Assembly: GCA_048885525.1 (NCBI GenBank)
Contig: JBHLLP010000011.1
Coordinates: 29,103-93,102 of the forward strand
DNA from: Candidatus Hermodarchaeota archaeon
GTDB lineage: Archaea; Asgardarchaeota; Lokiarchaeia; Sigyniarchaeales; SOKP01
Length of the DNA: 64,000 bases
Reading direction: 5' to 3'
Part shown: positions 19,793 through 29,671 of the stretch, one piece after another
Position numbering within the stretch: the first letter of the stretch is position 1
Layout: every line of letters starts with the position of its first letter
Translations under genes and position numbers: made by a program
Notes under the pieces: generated by a model
What the model saw: the letters and a program-made list of their open reading frames with translations, nothing else
Told to the model about the DNA's origin: nothing
The model's database searches: none

Positions 19793-19939
19793 AATATGAT
19801 TTAACCTCTATTTTTACTTCTAGAGTATAGTTAAATTGCCAAATTATTCTTTTTAAAACAATTTATTATTAGATTTCGTTTGAATTAAGTATAGTTTTAT
19901 AATGTATATATTCTTTTTTTTTCAAGGGATTTAAAAAAG

Positions 19940-21058
19940 TTGAAAAATCAAGACCGTATTTTAAATACATTTTCTCATAAACCATTGGATAGGATAGTTT
20001 TTTCACCTCGGCTTTATTATTGGTATCGGGGAAATAAATTATGGAAGAGACCGCGAACAGATAAAAATTGCGCTGGAAAGATACCTGCTTATATTTCAAG
20101 ACAAACCATGCTAAAAATTTATGATCATCTCGAAGCCAGTCCTAGATATGTAATAGAAGATTTTTACATTCCAATAATTTGGCCAAGAAAAAAAGTAAAA
20201 TATATCCAAATTGGATGGAGCTTTGATAAACAGGATAGAACGCTAATTACTGTTTATAAAACCCGACTGGGGAAATTATATAAAAAAAGTAGAGCGGGAC
20301 ACCTTGTAGAATACCCCATAAAAACAATTCATGATATTAAAATTATGAAATATATTCTAGAGCACTCAAAATTCCATTTTTTTTTACCGATGTTTAAACT
20401 AGCACAGAGAATAATCGGAGATAGAGGCGTAGTAGGTACTTATTTTGCTAGAAGTGCATATATGAGGCTGATAATAGAGTATATGGGATTTGAACGTACC
20501 ATATTATTTTTAAAGAAATTTCCAAGTGAAATTCATAATTTTATGCATTTTATAGACGAATGTGATAATGAGATGTTTAAAATCCTATGTAACTCCTCCA
20601 TTCAAATTTTAAATTTTGGTGAAAATATCGATGCTAATTTAGCACCACCAAAATATTTTGAAAAATATCTAATTCCTCATTATGAAAAAAGAGTAAAACA
20701 ATTACATAAGTTTGGGAAGTTTTGTCATATTCATATGGATGGATCTTTAAGAGATCTACTGCCTTATTTAGAAGATTTACCATTTGATGGATTAGAAGCC
20801 CTTACTGCCAAACCTCAAGGAGACGTAACTCTGAAAGAATTACAAGAATCTATTGGAAGTAAAGTTTTATTGGATGGAATTCCGGCTATCCTTTTTCTAC
20901 CTCAATATTCATTTAAATATGTTAGACAATATACGTATGATGTCTTAGAAATGTTCTCTCCAAATTTAATATTAGGAGTTTCAGATGAATTACCTCCAAA
21001 CTCCGATTTTAGAAAAGTAGAAATGGTAGCCGGTATTGTAAAGAATTTTAATCCATAA
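19940..21058 (+). CDS. Uroporphyrinogen decarboxylase / MtaA-CmuA superfamily protein
   Basis: EYPIKT..D, YMGFE, LAPPKYFEKYLIP, HIHMDG, ILGVSDELPP. Confidence 0.8.
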   Translation: MKNQDRILNTFSHKPLDRIVFSPRLYYWYRGNKLWKRPRTDKNCAGKIPAYISRQTMLKIYDHLEASPRYVIEDFYIPIIWPRKKVKYIQIGWSFDKQDRTLITVYKTRLGKLYKKSRAGHLVEYPIKTIHDIKIMKYILEHSKFHFFLPMFKLAQRIIGDRGVVGTYFARSAYMRLIIEYMGFERTILFLKKFPSEIHNFMHFIDECDNEMFKILCNSSIQILNFGENIDANLAPPKYFEKYLIPHYEKRVKQLHKFGKFCHIHMDGSLRDLLPYLEDLPFDGLEALTAKPQGDVTLKELQESIGSKVLLDGIPAILFLPQYSFKYVRQYTYDVLEMFSPNLILGVSDELPPNSDFRKVEMVAGIVKNFNP

Positions 21059-21167
21059 AAATCTAATGTATTTTTAAAAAATATTATAAAGAATATCTGG
21101 AATATAATATCATAATAATTTATTGTATACCAATAAACTAGTGAAAAATAGAAATTAATAAGATAAA

Positions 21168-22673
21168 GTGAGAAATATAATGTCTGATAATATTACAATT
21201 CAAGTATTTTTCATTGGAAAACCACAATGGGAAGGTGGGTGGCCTTATGTAGGCTTTGATAATGAATCATTGATAAAATCCATTCTCGATCACTTAAATG
21301 AGAAATTTCCGAAAATTGAGTTTAAGGCTAATGAGATGATTGGAACTTATGATAAAAATTTAGTGGAGAAAATTAAAAAAGAAATATTGGAAGCAGATGG
21401 TTTGATAATTTATACAATTGGGCACTACGGTGACCCTGGTTTAATTCAATCTGGTATTGAAATAATAGAATGTAGAAGACTTCCTATAATCCTTGCTAAT
21501 CTTATTTATGCAGGTGATCATACATTTACAAAAATTTTTGTAGGTATTAAGGACAAAAATTTGCCTGTCTATGCAATATCTTCCAAAAATTTGGAAGATT
21601 TTGACAAACCAATTGAAATAATGCATAATATCTTGAGAATAAAAGAAAAAAGAATCTCAGTTTATGCTAGTGATTCAAGTGAGATGAATTGGAAGGTCAT
21701 CTTAGGATTAATAAATCCAGAACGTAAAAATGTCGTGAAAGAATTTCCTGATTTTATTGAACAGGTTGGAAAACTAAGTGATGAGAAATTTGAATTTTAC
21801 ACAGACTTCGCTGGAATTGACCAAGCCCATCAATGGAGAATAGATGAAAAAAAATATCAAGAAAATTTAAAAAATATTTTTGGCGTTGAGATGATAAGAG
21901 AAAATCCAGATGATATCCTTAAGTATTACAATGAAGCAGACAAAGAAGGAGCTAGGAAAATAGCAGAAAAGTGGACAGAAAATGCAAAAATTGTTGAACC
22001 AACTGAAAAAACAATATTAAATTCCGCTAAATTATATCTTGGATTTAAAAACATGATAAGGGATAAAAAATCTGAGATCTTTACACCAGATTGTGGAACA
22101 TTTCTATTAACAGGTAAAATGCCGGCGTTTCCTTGTATGGCTTTTTTTGAATTAACAAATGAGGGACATTATGGAATTTGTGAATCCGATATGGACTCAG
22201 CAATAAGTTATTTATTCGGTTTATATTTAACTAATAGACCTGGATTTGTATCAAACCATACTCTTGATACAGTTAATAATCAAATCACTTATATGCATTG
22301 TGTTGGGGCAAATAGGTTATTGGGTATTGATGGTCCACCTGCAGAATATGACATCATACATCATGGAGAATCTGGCTTTATAGGTGCTTGTCCTAGGATT
22401 AAATTTCCAATAGGTGAGATAGTAACAACTATTAAAATCAGCGTATTCGAAGGAAAAATTGAAATTAGGCAAGGTAAAATTATCGGTAATCCTGAGGATA
22501 AAGGAGGATGTGTATCTAAAATGCTTGTAGAAAGTAATGTCAATAAGATTTTAGAAACATATGATTGGGAAACTTTTGGGTGGCATCGCATTAGTTTTAT
22601 TGGAGATTGGAAAGAAGAATTCATGATTGGCGCCAAATTACTAGGATTAAAAATTATTGACCAAACTAACTAA
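21168..22673 (+). CDS. L-fucose/L-arabinose isomerase-like protein
   Basis: FPCMAF, CESDMDSAIS, MHC, GWHRISFIGD C-terminal motif. Confidence 0.7.
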   Translation: MRNIMSDNITIQVFFIGKPQWEGGWPYVGFDNESLIKSILDHLNEKFPKIEFKANEMIGTYDKNLVEKIKKEILEADGLIIYTIGHYGDPGLIQSGIEIIECRRLPIILANLIYAGDHTFTKIFVGIKDKNLPVYAISSKNLEDFDKPIEIMHNILRIKEKRISVYASDSSEMNWKVILGLINPERKNVVKEFPDFIEQVGKLSDEKFEFYTDFAGIDQAHQWRIDEKKYQENLKNIFGVEMIRENPDDILKYYNEADKEGARKIAEKWTENAKIVEPTEKTILNSAKLYLGFKNMIRDKKSEIFTPDCGTFLLTGKMPAFPCMAFFELTNEGHYGICESDMDSAISYLFGLYLTNRPGFVSNHTLDTVNNQITYMHCVGANRLLGIDGPPAEYDIIHHGESGFIGACPRIKFPIGEIVTTIKISVFEGKIEIRQGKIIGNPEDKGGCVSKMLVESNVNKILETYDWETFGWHRISFIGDWKEEFMIGAKLLGLKIIDQTN

Positions 22674-22816
22674 TCTGTTTTGTCATTACTTACAAAATAT
22701 TTGTTTTAATTTTTGCAATTTTAGAGGAATAAGATTTAAAATAAATAAATGAATTCATTTTAATTATACTTTTAAAAATTCTTTATAAGAAATCTAAGAA
22801 AAAAGTAGAAATAATT

Positions 22817-24169
22817 ATGACTGAAACAGAAATTATAACAAGAGGTAAAAGTCCAAGAAGTAAATTTTTCTTATTTGGATTACCCAAGTTTGGAACAAAT
22901 ATTCTCATGGGCTTCGCAGATTTTGCTTTAGCTACTCTCTACATTCTAGCTTTTCAAGTTACACCATTTCTAGTTGGGTTTGCCTTAGCTATGGGGAAGC
23001 TCACTATTGCTCTCTCTCAGTTCGGTTTCGGTTGGATAAGCGATGCTAAATATACCCGTTGGGGGAGAAGAAAACCCTATTTAATTTTTTTAAGTCCTAT
23101 TCTTGGATTATCATTCTTTTTTTTATTATTGCCGAATTTAATAATTGATCTTGCTGATAAAACTGCACTATTTCTTTGGTTATTAATCTTGTATCAAATT
23201 TTTAACATTAGTTATGGTATTACATCTCCATATGGTTCATGGATGGCAGAACAGTTTTCTACTGATGAACGCCCCAGAGCATCTTATTACGAACAAATAA
23301 TTGGTTTTATAGGATCAGGTGCGATGTCGATATTTTCAATGATAATTCTAACAGGAGTTATCGAGGAAATTCAGAGTAATCCCAATGTTATGCCTATAGA
23401 ATATTTTCTTTCTGTTACAATCTTTGGAATTATCCCTATAGTACTCTTTTATTTAGTGAGTTTCTTAATGCCCACAGAGCCACATTTTAAGATAGATTCA
23501 AACATATTTCAAAATTTAAAAATAATTATAAAAAACAGAAATTATTTACTCGTAAATTTAATGATTGGTATTGCTAGTATCGCATGGATAATGGTAGGAT
23601 CTTTACTTCTCTCATACATAGAAGTTGTATTAGCTTTTGAGCAAATGTATTATTATATGGCGGCTGGTTTCTTCTTGATAGGGATAGTTGGGTTCCTCTA
23701 TTTGTGGCGAAAATTGACATCTAAATTAGGGAAGAAACAGAGTGTATTATATATTTTCTTGGTAGCAATAATTTTTCTTCCCTTCTCCTTACTTGGCTTA
23801 ATCCCAATGGATCCATCTTTTATTTTTGGATTGATTTTTATCATTGGATTAACAGGATGTTTAGCTGGTTGGTTTTTACTCCCTTCCATTATCATAGCAG
23901 ATATAACTGAGGATGATCAAAAAACAACTGGAGAGTTAAGAGCAGGGATATATAAAGGCTTTCCTAGTATAATTCTAAACCTCTTCCAAACTTTTGGGTT
24001 ATTACTTATGGGAGTAATTTTAGAATTGCCAGATATTACCGTTGGAACTTCAACCTTTTCTTGGGGTTATGTTATATGGGGTCCCATCTGTTCGGTAATT
24101 CTAATTGGAGCATATTTATACTCACGAAAATTTGTACAACTTGATTTTGAATGGGAAAAAACTGAATAA
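22817..24169 (+). CDS. GPH/MelB-like MFS sugar transporter
   Basis: GWISD..TRWGRRKPYL, IIADITEDD...RAGIY. Confidence 0.88.
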   Translation: MTETEIITRGKSPRSKFFLFGLPKFGTNILMGFADFALATLYILAFQVTPFLVGFALAMGKLTIALSQFGFGWISDAKYTRWGRRKPYLIFLSPILGLSFFFLLLPNLIIDLADKTALFLWLLILYQIFNISYGITSPYGSWMAEQFSTDERPRASYYEQIIGFIGSGAMSIFSMIILTGVIEEIQSNPNVMPIEYFLSVTIFGIIPIVLFYLVSFLMPTEPHFKIDSNIFQNLKIIIKNRNYLLVNLMIGIASIAWIMVGSLLLSYIEVVLAFEQMYYYMAAGFFLIGIVGFLYLWRKLTSKLGKKQSVLYIFLVAIIFLPFSLLGLIPMDPSFIFGLIFIIGLTGCLAGWFLLPSIIIADITEDDQKTTGELRAGIYKGFPSIILNLFQTFGLLLMGVILELPDITVGTSTFSWGYVIWGPICSVILIGAYLYSRKFVQLDFEWEKTE

Positions 24170-24378
24170 TGAACTTTCATTTATTTCAGTTTCTTTTTTT
24201 TTATTTTAATTCAATGAAAGGAATTCTATATAACTATTATATAACATCACCTTTTGAGGTGTATTAATTTAAAAGAAATTCTCTCATCATATTATACAAG
24301 CGTTTATATTTTCTAAAATTTAGATAAAATATCATAAAAATGAAATACCAATTGTTAGAATAAAAAGGTTGAAAAAAT

Positions 24379-24555
24379 ATGAAAGATAATGATCTAAATG
24401 CTAGGAAACTTTTAGGAATCCTCCTGATTTATCTCGCAATCCAAACGCCTATATCGGCTCTTATAAACAATTTTGAGAGTTTTACTTTTGCATTATTGAT
24501 ATCAGTTTTTATTGCTCTTTTCGGAATCTTATTAGTCTTCTCTCCTAAGCCATAA
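24379..24555 (+). CDS. Small 2-TM protein, 58 aa (not in ORF track)
   Basis: MKDNDLNARKLLGILLIYLAIQ...LFGILLVFSPKP; AGGTTGA RBS-like site upstream, T-tract downstream. Confidence 0.6.
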   Translation: MKDNDLNARKLLGILLIYLAIQTPISALINNFESFTFALLISVFIALFGILLVFSPKP

Positions 24556-24676
24556 TTAAACAATAAAAGAAAAAATCTTTTTTTTTAATTTTATTTAGAT
24601 TGTGGTTTTCAAACAATCGTTTTATTGTCTTCCTAAAAGTCATTTTTAAATAGGATTGGAAGGTTAATTAAATTAT

Positions 24677-25543
24677 ATGAAGGGTCTAGAAAAATTAAAA
24701 GAAAAGTTACCAGATTATCAAGGAAAAAGAATCTTAAAAATTTTGATAATAACTGCTGCTATTGTTATAAGCTCCTTGTTTTTTCAATTTATAATGGATT
24801 CAATACCTCGGATTCTTGGTAATATCGTCTTCTTGCAGATTTTAGCTCCATTAACTCCTATATTGGGTTCATTAATTATAATAGTAATTGGTTTTATGCT
24901 AGTTTATTCTTTCTGGCGATCTCGAGATAAATATTTGAGTAAATATGGTGAATTAGCTTACCAAAGAGCATTTAAATTTGTAGTAACTGGTGTACCGATG
25001 GTAATTACGGTTGTAATCCACAGCTTTTTCCCGACTGATTTAATTGTACCTTATCAGAATACCCACAACCTTACTTGGTATTTGGGAACCCCAATTCTGG
25101 ATATATTATTCGGCTTTTCTATATTAGTTTTGTGTGTTAGATTAATACTAGGGATAATTTTTGTAGGTTTAGGGATGGCTGTTGTCCGGAAAGCTATAAA
25201 GATTTTCGGTATCGACTATATGGGATTAGTTTATATATATTATCCTGAGCAGTCTACACTCCAAGATCATGAAATCTACTCTATATTACGTCATCCAACT
25301 TATCATACTTTAATGCTATTTAGTTTTGGAAGCATTTTTTTTCGATTCTCAATCTATTCTATTATCTATTTTATCATATTTATAATTGGAATTAATTTAC
25401 ACTTGAAATTTGTAGAAGAAAAAGAATTAATTCAAAGATTCGGAGAACAATATAAAAAATATAAAGAAAACGTCCCTGCTTTATTTGTAAGATATAAAGA
25501 TCTTAAACGATACTTTTCAATAATCTTCAAAAAAAGTATTTAG
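24677..25543 (+). CDS. PEMT/ICMT-family membrane methyltransferase
   Basis: IYSILRHPTY, EEKELIQRFGEQYKKYKENVP. Confidence 0.8.
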   Translation: MKGLEKLKEKLPDYQGKRILKILIITAAIVISSLFFQFIMDSIPRILGNIVFLQILAPLTPILGSLIIIVIGFMLVYSFWRSRDKYLSKYGELAYQRAFKFVVTGVPMVITVVIHSFFPTDLIVPYQNTHNLTWYLGTPILDILFGFSILVLCVRLILGIIFVGLGMAVVRKAIKIFGIDYMGLVYIYYPEQSTLQDHEIYSILRHPTYHTLMLFSFGSIFFRFSIYSIIYFIIFIIGINLHLKFVEEKELIQRFGEQYKKYKENVPALFVRYKDLKRYFSIIFKKSI

Positions 25544-26463
25544 GGGTTATAATCAGGATGAATTACTCCTAGATCTTCTAATAACGGAACCAGGAACAGA
25601 TTATAAAAATCTTTGATATGTAATAATTTCCCTAAATATACATTTAAAAAATCCTGTATTTCATAGTTGATTTTATTGATATCAATAAAGCTGTATTCTG
25701 GTTCAATTTGAATCCTATTTAGATTTAGAGGAGTTAATTGTTTAATTATTAAATATAGCATAAATTGAGTAAAGGTGCTCTCAACTAACTGTTCCTCCTC
25801 TTCAGCTAGTTCATATGCTTCATGTGTTATTTTATTTCTTAGTTCTCTTACTTTTTTTGTTAATATTTCAAGGTTTTGTGGTAAGTGTAATTCCTCAATT
25901 TTTTGGATCACTGATTTATTATTATGATCCTCAACTTGTGAATTTAAGTATTCTACTAAAGTTGTGTAAAAGTGAATCAAGAATTTAAAAGAATCAATAG
26001 ATTTATCTTCTTTCCACTTATTATAGGAAGTTCCCCAATCGTTGAAATTAACTTCATCTAAAGCATTTTTAATATTTTTCTTAATTTTATCAACCTTCTC
26101 TATAAAATAATCTGAATAATCCATATAGGGTTTCTCATTCGAGATAAACTGGTATTTATATGTCTTCCCAAATTCCTTAATTGCACCCAATTTTTTAATA
26201 AGAGATGGATCTTCTATTTTTTCTTTTTTCCCGATTTCTGAAACAAATTTTATTAGATATCCACATTCTGGACAATATGTTACATATGAACCTCGAAATG
26301 AAGTGAATGGTTTAAGCTCAAGCTGATGCTTCCCATTTGGGAACTCTATAAGATCACCCTGGGATTCTAAGGGATCAAAATGTGTTTTTTCATAATGAAA
26401 AGATACTGGAATAAATTTATAATTACAAACTGGACAATTCACTTTTTCTTTCCTTTGTTTCAT
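25540..26463 (-). CDS. Zinc-ribbon + HEPN-like domain protein
   Basis: CPVC...CPEC; helical C-terminus with RNKITH (Rx4H). Confidence 0.6.
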   Translation of the reverse strand: MKQRKEKVNCPVCNYKFIPVSFHYEKTHFDPLESQGDLIEFPNGKHQLELKPFTSFRGSYVTYCPECGYLIKFVSEIGKKEKIEDPSLIKKLGAIKEFGKTYKYQFISNEKPYMDYSDYFIEKVDKIKKNIKNALDEVNFNDWGTSYNKWKEDKSIDSFKFLIHFYTTLVEYLNSQVEDHNNKSVIQKIEELHLPQNLEILTKKVRELRNKITHEAYELAEEEEQLVESTFTQFMLYLIIKQLTPLNLNRIQIEPEYSFIDINKINYEIQDFLNVYLGKLLHIKDFYNLFLVPLLEDLGVIHPDYNP

Positions 26464-26892
26464 AGTATATCGTAAGTTTTATTTTTGTATTGATAAAAAC
26501 CAAGTTACTAAATAATAAAACCTTCTATATTAGGTTTATTAAAAGAGAATCCTAGTAAAGTCTGAAATTGGTTTGAATCTTCTTAATTATTTACGTTTAA
26601 ATATAATTTTTTTTAAATTTTTCACACTTGAATTAAAATTTGTATCTAATTTTAATCTTAATATATTTTTTGTTAAATAAGTTGGATTTTCCAGGAGATA
26701 TTAAAGATTAAGTAATATATATTAAAAAATACGTCAAAAGTCTAAAAAATCTCAAGACAATCTCGAAATATCTGAAAATTTTAAAAAAAATAAATTTAAT
26801 TCACGAAGACAAAATAGATAATCAATTATTATACTTCTTAAAAGAAGAATACTTAATACAGAATAATTGATTTATCAAAGGTTTGAAGTGAA

Positions 26893-27561
26893 TTGAGTTT
26901 GGATAAAAGAGGAAAGAGAATAATTTACTTAAGTCATTGTCTAGTTAACCAAAACTTAAGATTTCCTGGTATTGCTGTAGAAAGTGGAGCAATACAAGAG
27001 CTTATAATTCCTATTATAAAAAATGGAATAGGAATAGAAACTCTACCTTGTCTTGAGAGATTAGGATGGGGTGGTATTAAAAGGAAAGCTTTTTTCAAAT
27101 ATTATCCAATGATTTCTAGAAATATAGGTTTATTAAAATTTTCAATAATCAAGCTTTTTCTAAGAATGTGGTTAAGAAAATTTAAGAATCTCTGTAAGAA
27201 AGAAGCAAAAAAAGTCGTTCTGCAAATGCAAGATTATTTAAATTCAGGATATTCAATTTTGGGGATTATCACTTCAAATGACAGTCCTACGTGTGGTTAT
27301 ACTAAAACAATTAATTTCCTAAGACTAGTATCAAAATTTAAGGATTTAGATATAAAAGAAGAATTTCAAAATCCTACACTCGAAAGAATGAAAAATGTTA
27401 TTCCTAATCTTTGTGAAAATGGTACTGGCTATTTTATATCGGAAATTGCAAAGCTAATGAAAAAAAGAAAGCTTGAAATAAATGTCATTGGATTCAACAT
27501 TTGGAATAATCTACTTAAAGAAACTCAAAAAATATTAAGCAAATTGAATCTAAACAATTAA
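26893..27561 (+). CDS. DUF523 / 2-thiouracil desulfurase (TudS)-related protein
   Basis: SHCLVNQN, LPCLE, DSPTCG, GTGYF. Confidence 0.75.
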   Translation: MSLDKRGKRIIYLSHCLVNQNLRFPGIAVESGAIQELIIPIIKNGIGIETLPCLERLGWGGIKRKAFFKYYPMISRNIGLLKFSIIKLFLRMWLRKFKNLCKKEAKKVVLQMQDYLNSGYSILGIITSNDSPTCGYTKTINFLRLVSKFKDLDIKEEFQNPTLERMKNVIPNLCENGTGYFISEIAKLMKKRKLEINVIGFNIWNNLLKETQKILSKLNLNN

Positions 27562-27595
27562 TACTCCAAATAGTTTTTATTTATCATAACTATTT

Positions 27596-28336
27596 TTAAT
27601 TAGGAAATTTATTTTCTTCAAGATCTTCAGGAGGCCAACCTCTTGGTGTTTTGTAATCCTTAATAAATCGAAAGTCGCAAATATCTGCTCCTGCTGCTAA
27701 AGTTTTGGTTCTTTTAAACCCTATACCAAGAGCTCTCATTCTAGCATAATCACATAAACATACATAAGGGGCAAATTCTCCAACATTTTCTTTATCTATA
27801 AGTTTAAGCCAACCACACTCAGTAAAATTAAAACCATAATTGAATGATTTATCATCACTTTCTACAAATTCACCAACCCAATTTTCTGTATATAAGTTCT
27901 TTTGAGTCTTCTTTAACCAATTTTTCCAATAATTTTTCATCTTTTTAGAGAAAATAGCTTTTCGATATAGCCATTTTTTAAGCGGAGAGATAGATTGAAC
28001 ATATTTTTCAGCAATATCATATATTAATTTTCCCAATTCTCGCTCAGATAAGTTGATAGATTTACAAGCTTTATAAAATGCTAGAGTCTCTGCTGATTGG
28101 ATCATTAATGAAGTGAAAGGTGATTTATCACCTCCCACATACGGAAGTCTTGAAAGAAGGTGCTCAAGCTCATGAAAAGCATTTTTTATAATATCTTCAA
28201 TCAAATCTTCATCATAATTTAGTAATACATTTTGTTTTGCAATTTTAACCAACGAATCAAATTGTTTTAAAATTTTCTTTTTATGTTTTATGTAATATCC
28301 TTTAGTTTCTTCAATTTTCTTATCATCTTTAGTCAT
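27596..28336 (-). CDS. L-2-amino-thiazoline-4-carboxylic acid hydrolase family protein
   Basis: FTECG, PYVCLCDY, RTKTLAAGADICDFRF. Confidence 0.85.
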   Translation of the reverse strand: MTKDDKKIEETKGYYIKHKKKILKQFDSLVKIAKQNVLLNYDEDLIEDIIKNAFHELEHLLSRLPYVGGDKSPFTSLMIQSAETLAFYKACKSINLSERELGKLIYDIAEKYVQSISPLKKWLYRKAIFSKKMKNYWKNWLKKTQKNLYTENWVGEFVESDDKSFNYGFNFTECGWLKLIDKENVGEFAPYVCLCDYARMRALGIGFKRTKTLAAGADICDFRFIKDYKTPRGWPPEDLEENKFPN

Positions 28337-28412
28337 AATTACTATTCATGAATTACATTTAAGATGTATTTTCTATATATTATTTAAAATCTCGTTTATA
28401 TTAACTAATTTT

Positions 28413-28856
28413 TCATAAATTCTCTAAAATTATTTTCAAATTTTGACCTTCTTCAATCATATGCTGAACAATTTTTCCTACTGTTTTTTTCGCAACTTTT
28501 GAAAGAAATTTTCCCATCCGGAAATCTAAAGTTGCAGTAAAAATACTACAATTTTTAGAGGTTTCAATTTCAAAACTACCCCCAATAAGAATGAGTTTTA
28601 AAGAACCTACAGTTTTGAATTTATATAATTTATTTAGAATAAGATCTGTCACTCTTGATCTCATTTTTAATAATTCTCCCTTAATATTTTCTTCAGAATA
28701 CAAGATTGATCCAATTTTATTTGGCTCACCTTCTTCCCAATAAGATTTTATATGAGAAGGATGCCATTCACAGTAATTATCTGTGAAATTTAAGAGCCAT
28801 TCCCATATATTTTCAGGAGGGACATTTATTTCGATAGATTCTTTTAGAGTTTTCAT
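28413..28856 (-). CDS. SRPBCC/START-like protein
   Basis: ESIEINVPPENIWEWL...WHP; C-terminal helix HMIEEGQNLK. Confidence 0.8.
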   Translation of the reverse strand: MKTLKESIEINVPPENIWEWLLNFTDNYCEWHPSHIKSYWEEGEPNKIGSILYSEENIKGELLKMRSRVTDLILNKLYKFKTVGSLKLILIGGSFEIETSKNCSIFTATLDFRMGKFLSKVAKKTVGKIVQHMIEEGQNLKIILENL

Positions 28857-29017
28857 GATTTAGATGATAATTTAATCATTATTAAAATTAATTGATTTTA
28901 AATTTAGAATTCTAATTATTTTCAATAAAAGAGAAAAATTACATTAATATAAAGTATCCAGTAATTTATCTTAAAGGTACTTTACTTTTTTACACTAGTT
29001 TTAATTTTATAAAAGAT

Positions 29018-29458
29018 TTATTTTGCAGGAATATCTGCTAAATAATATATCAAAATTAAAGAGAGCTCAACAAAACCTTTCCCTTTATGACTAAGATTAT
29101 AAAGAACTGATGGAGGATGTGTATCTTGGACAGTTCGAGTAATTAATTCAAGTTCAAGAAGCTGTTTAAGGCAATCAGATAATGTTCTTGATGAGATCTT
29201 TTCTAAGTGGCGCGTGATATCATTAAAAGTTAGTCCATTATGAATTTCCAGTTCATATAGAATTTCTACATTCCATTTTTTAGTTACAAACTTAAATATA
29301 TTCAAAAAAAATCTAATTTCATCAATTTTCCTTTTTTCATCATGTATAGTTTCTGTAAAATGCTTATCTAATGCCTTTCTGATAAGTGGTCTTGAAGTTT
29401 TAATAATTTCCTTAAAAGATTCAAATTCATTATATTTAAATATCTCCATAGTTATCAA
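29018..29458 (-). CDS. HxlR-family winged-helix regulator
   Basis: KKWNVEIL, FNDI, ISSRTLSDCLKQL, PPSVLYNLS. Confidence 0.88.
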   Translation of the reverse strand: MITMEIFKYNEFESFKEIIKTSRPLIRKALDKHFTETIHDEKRKIDEIRFFLNIFKFVTKKWNVEILYELEIHNGLTFNDITRHLEKISSRTLSDCLKQLLELELITRTVQDTHPPSVLYNLSHKGKGFVELSLILIYYLADIPAK

Positions 29459-29531
29459 GAAAAGTTTTTTTAATCAGATAAAACGACAAGTAGCTTATAA
29501 TAAACATATATATTTTAGGTTTTTTAAAATG

Positions 29532-29548
29532 ATGGTAACAATTACCAT
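29532..29548. promoter_or_regulatory. Palindromic operator ATGGTAA-CAA-TTACCAT between the divergent HxlR and radical SAM genes
   Basis: Perfect 7-3-7 inverted repeat; an extra TTACCAT half-site at 29610-29616. Confidence 0.55.
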
Positions 29549-29671
29549 AAAACTTCTCATCGTTAAATTTTTTGAAAATTCCCTTTTCTATCATGGAGAT
29601 ATTGAATTTTTACCATAAATGTTAAAAAAACAACAAATAATAATAGGAATAAATCCATAAATATCATTATC

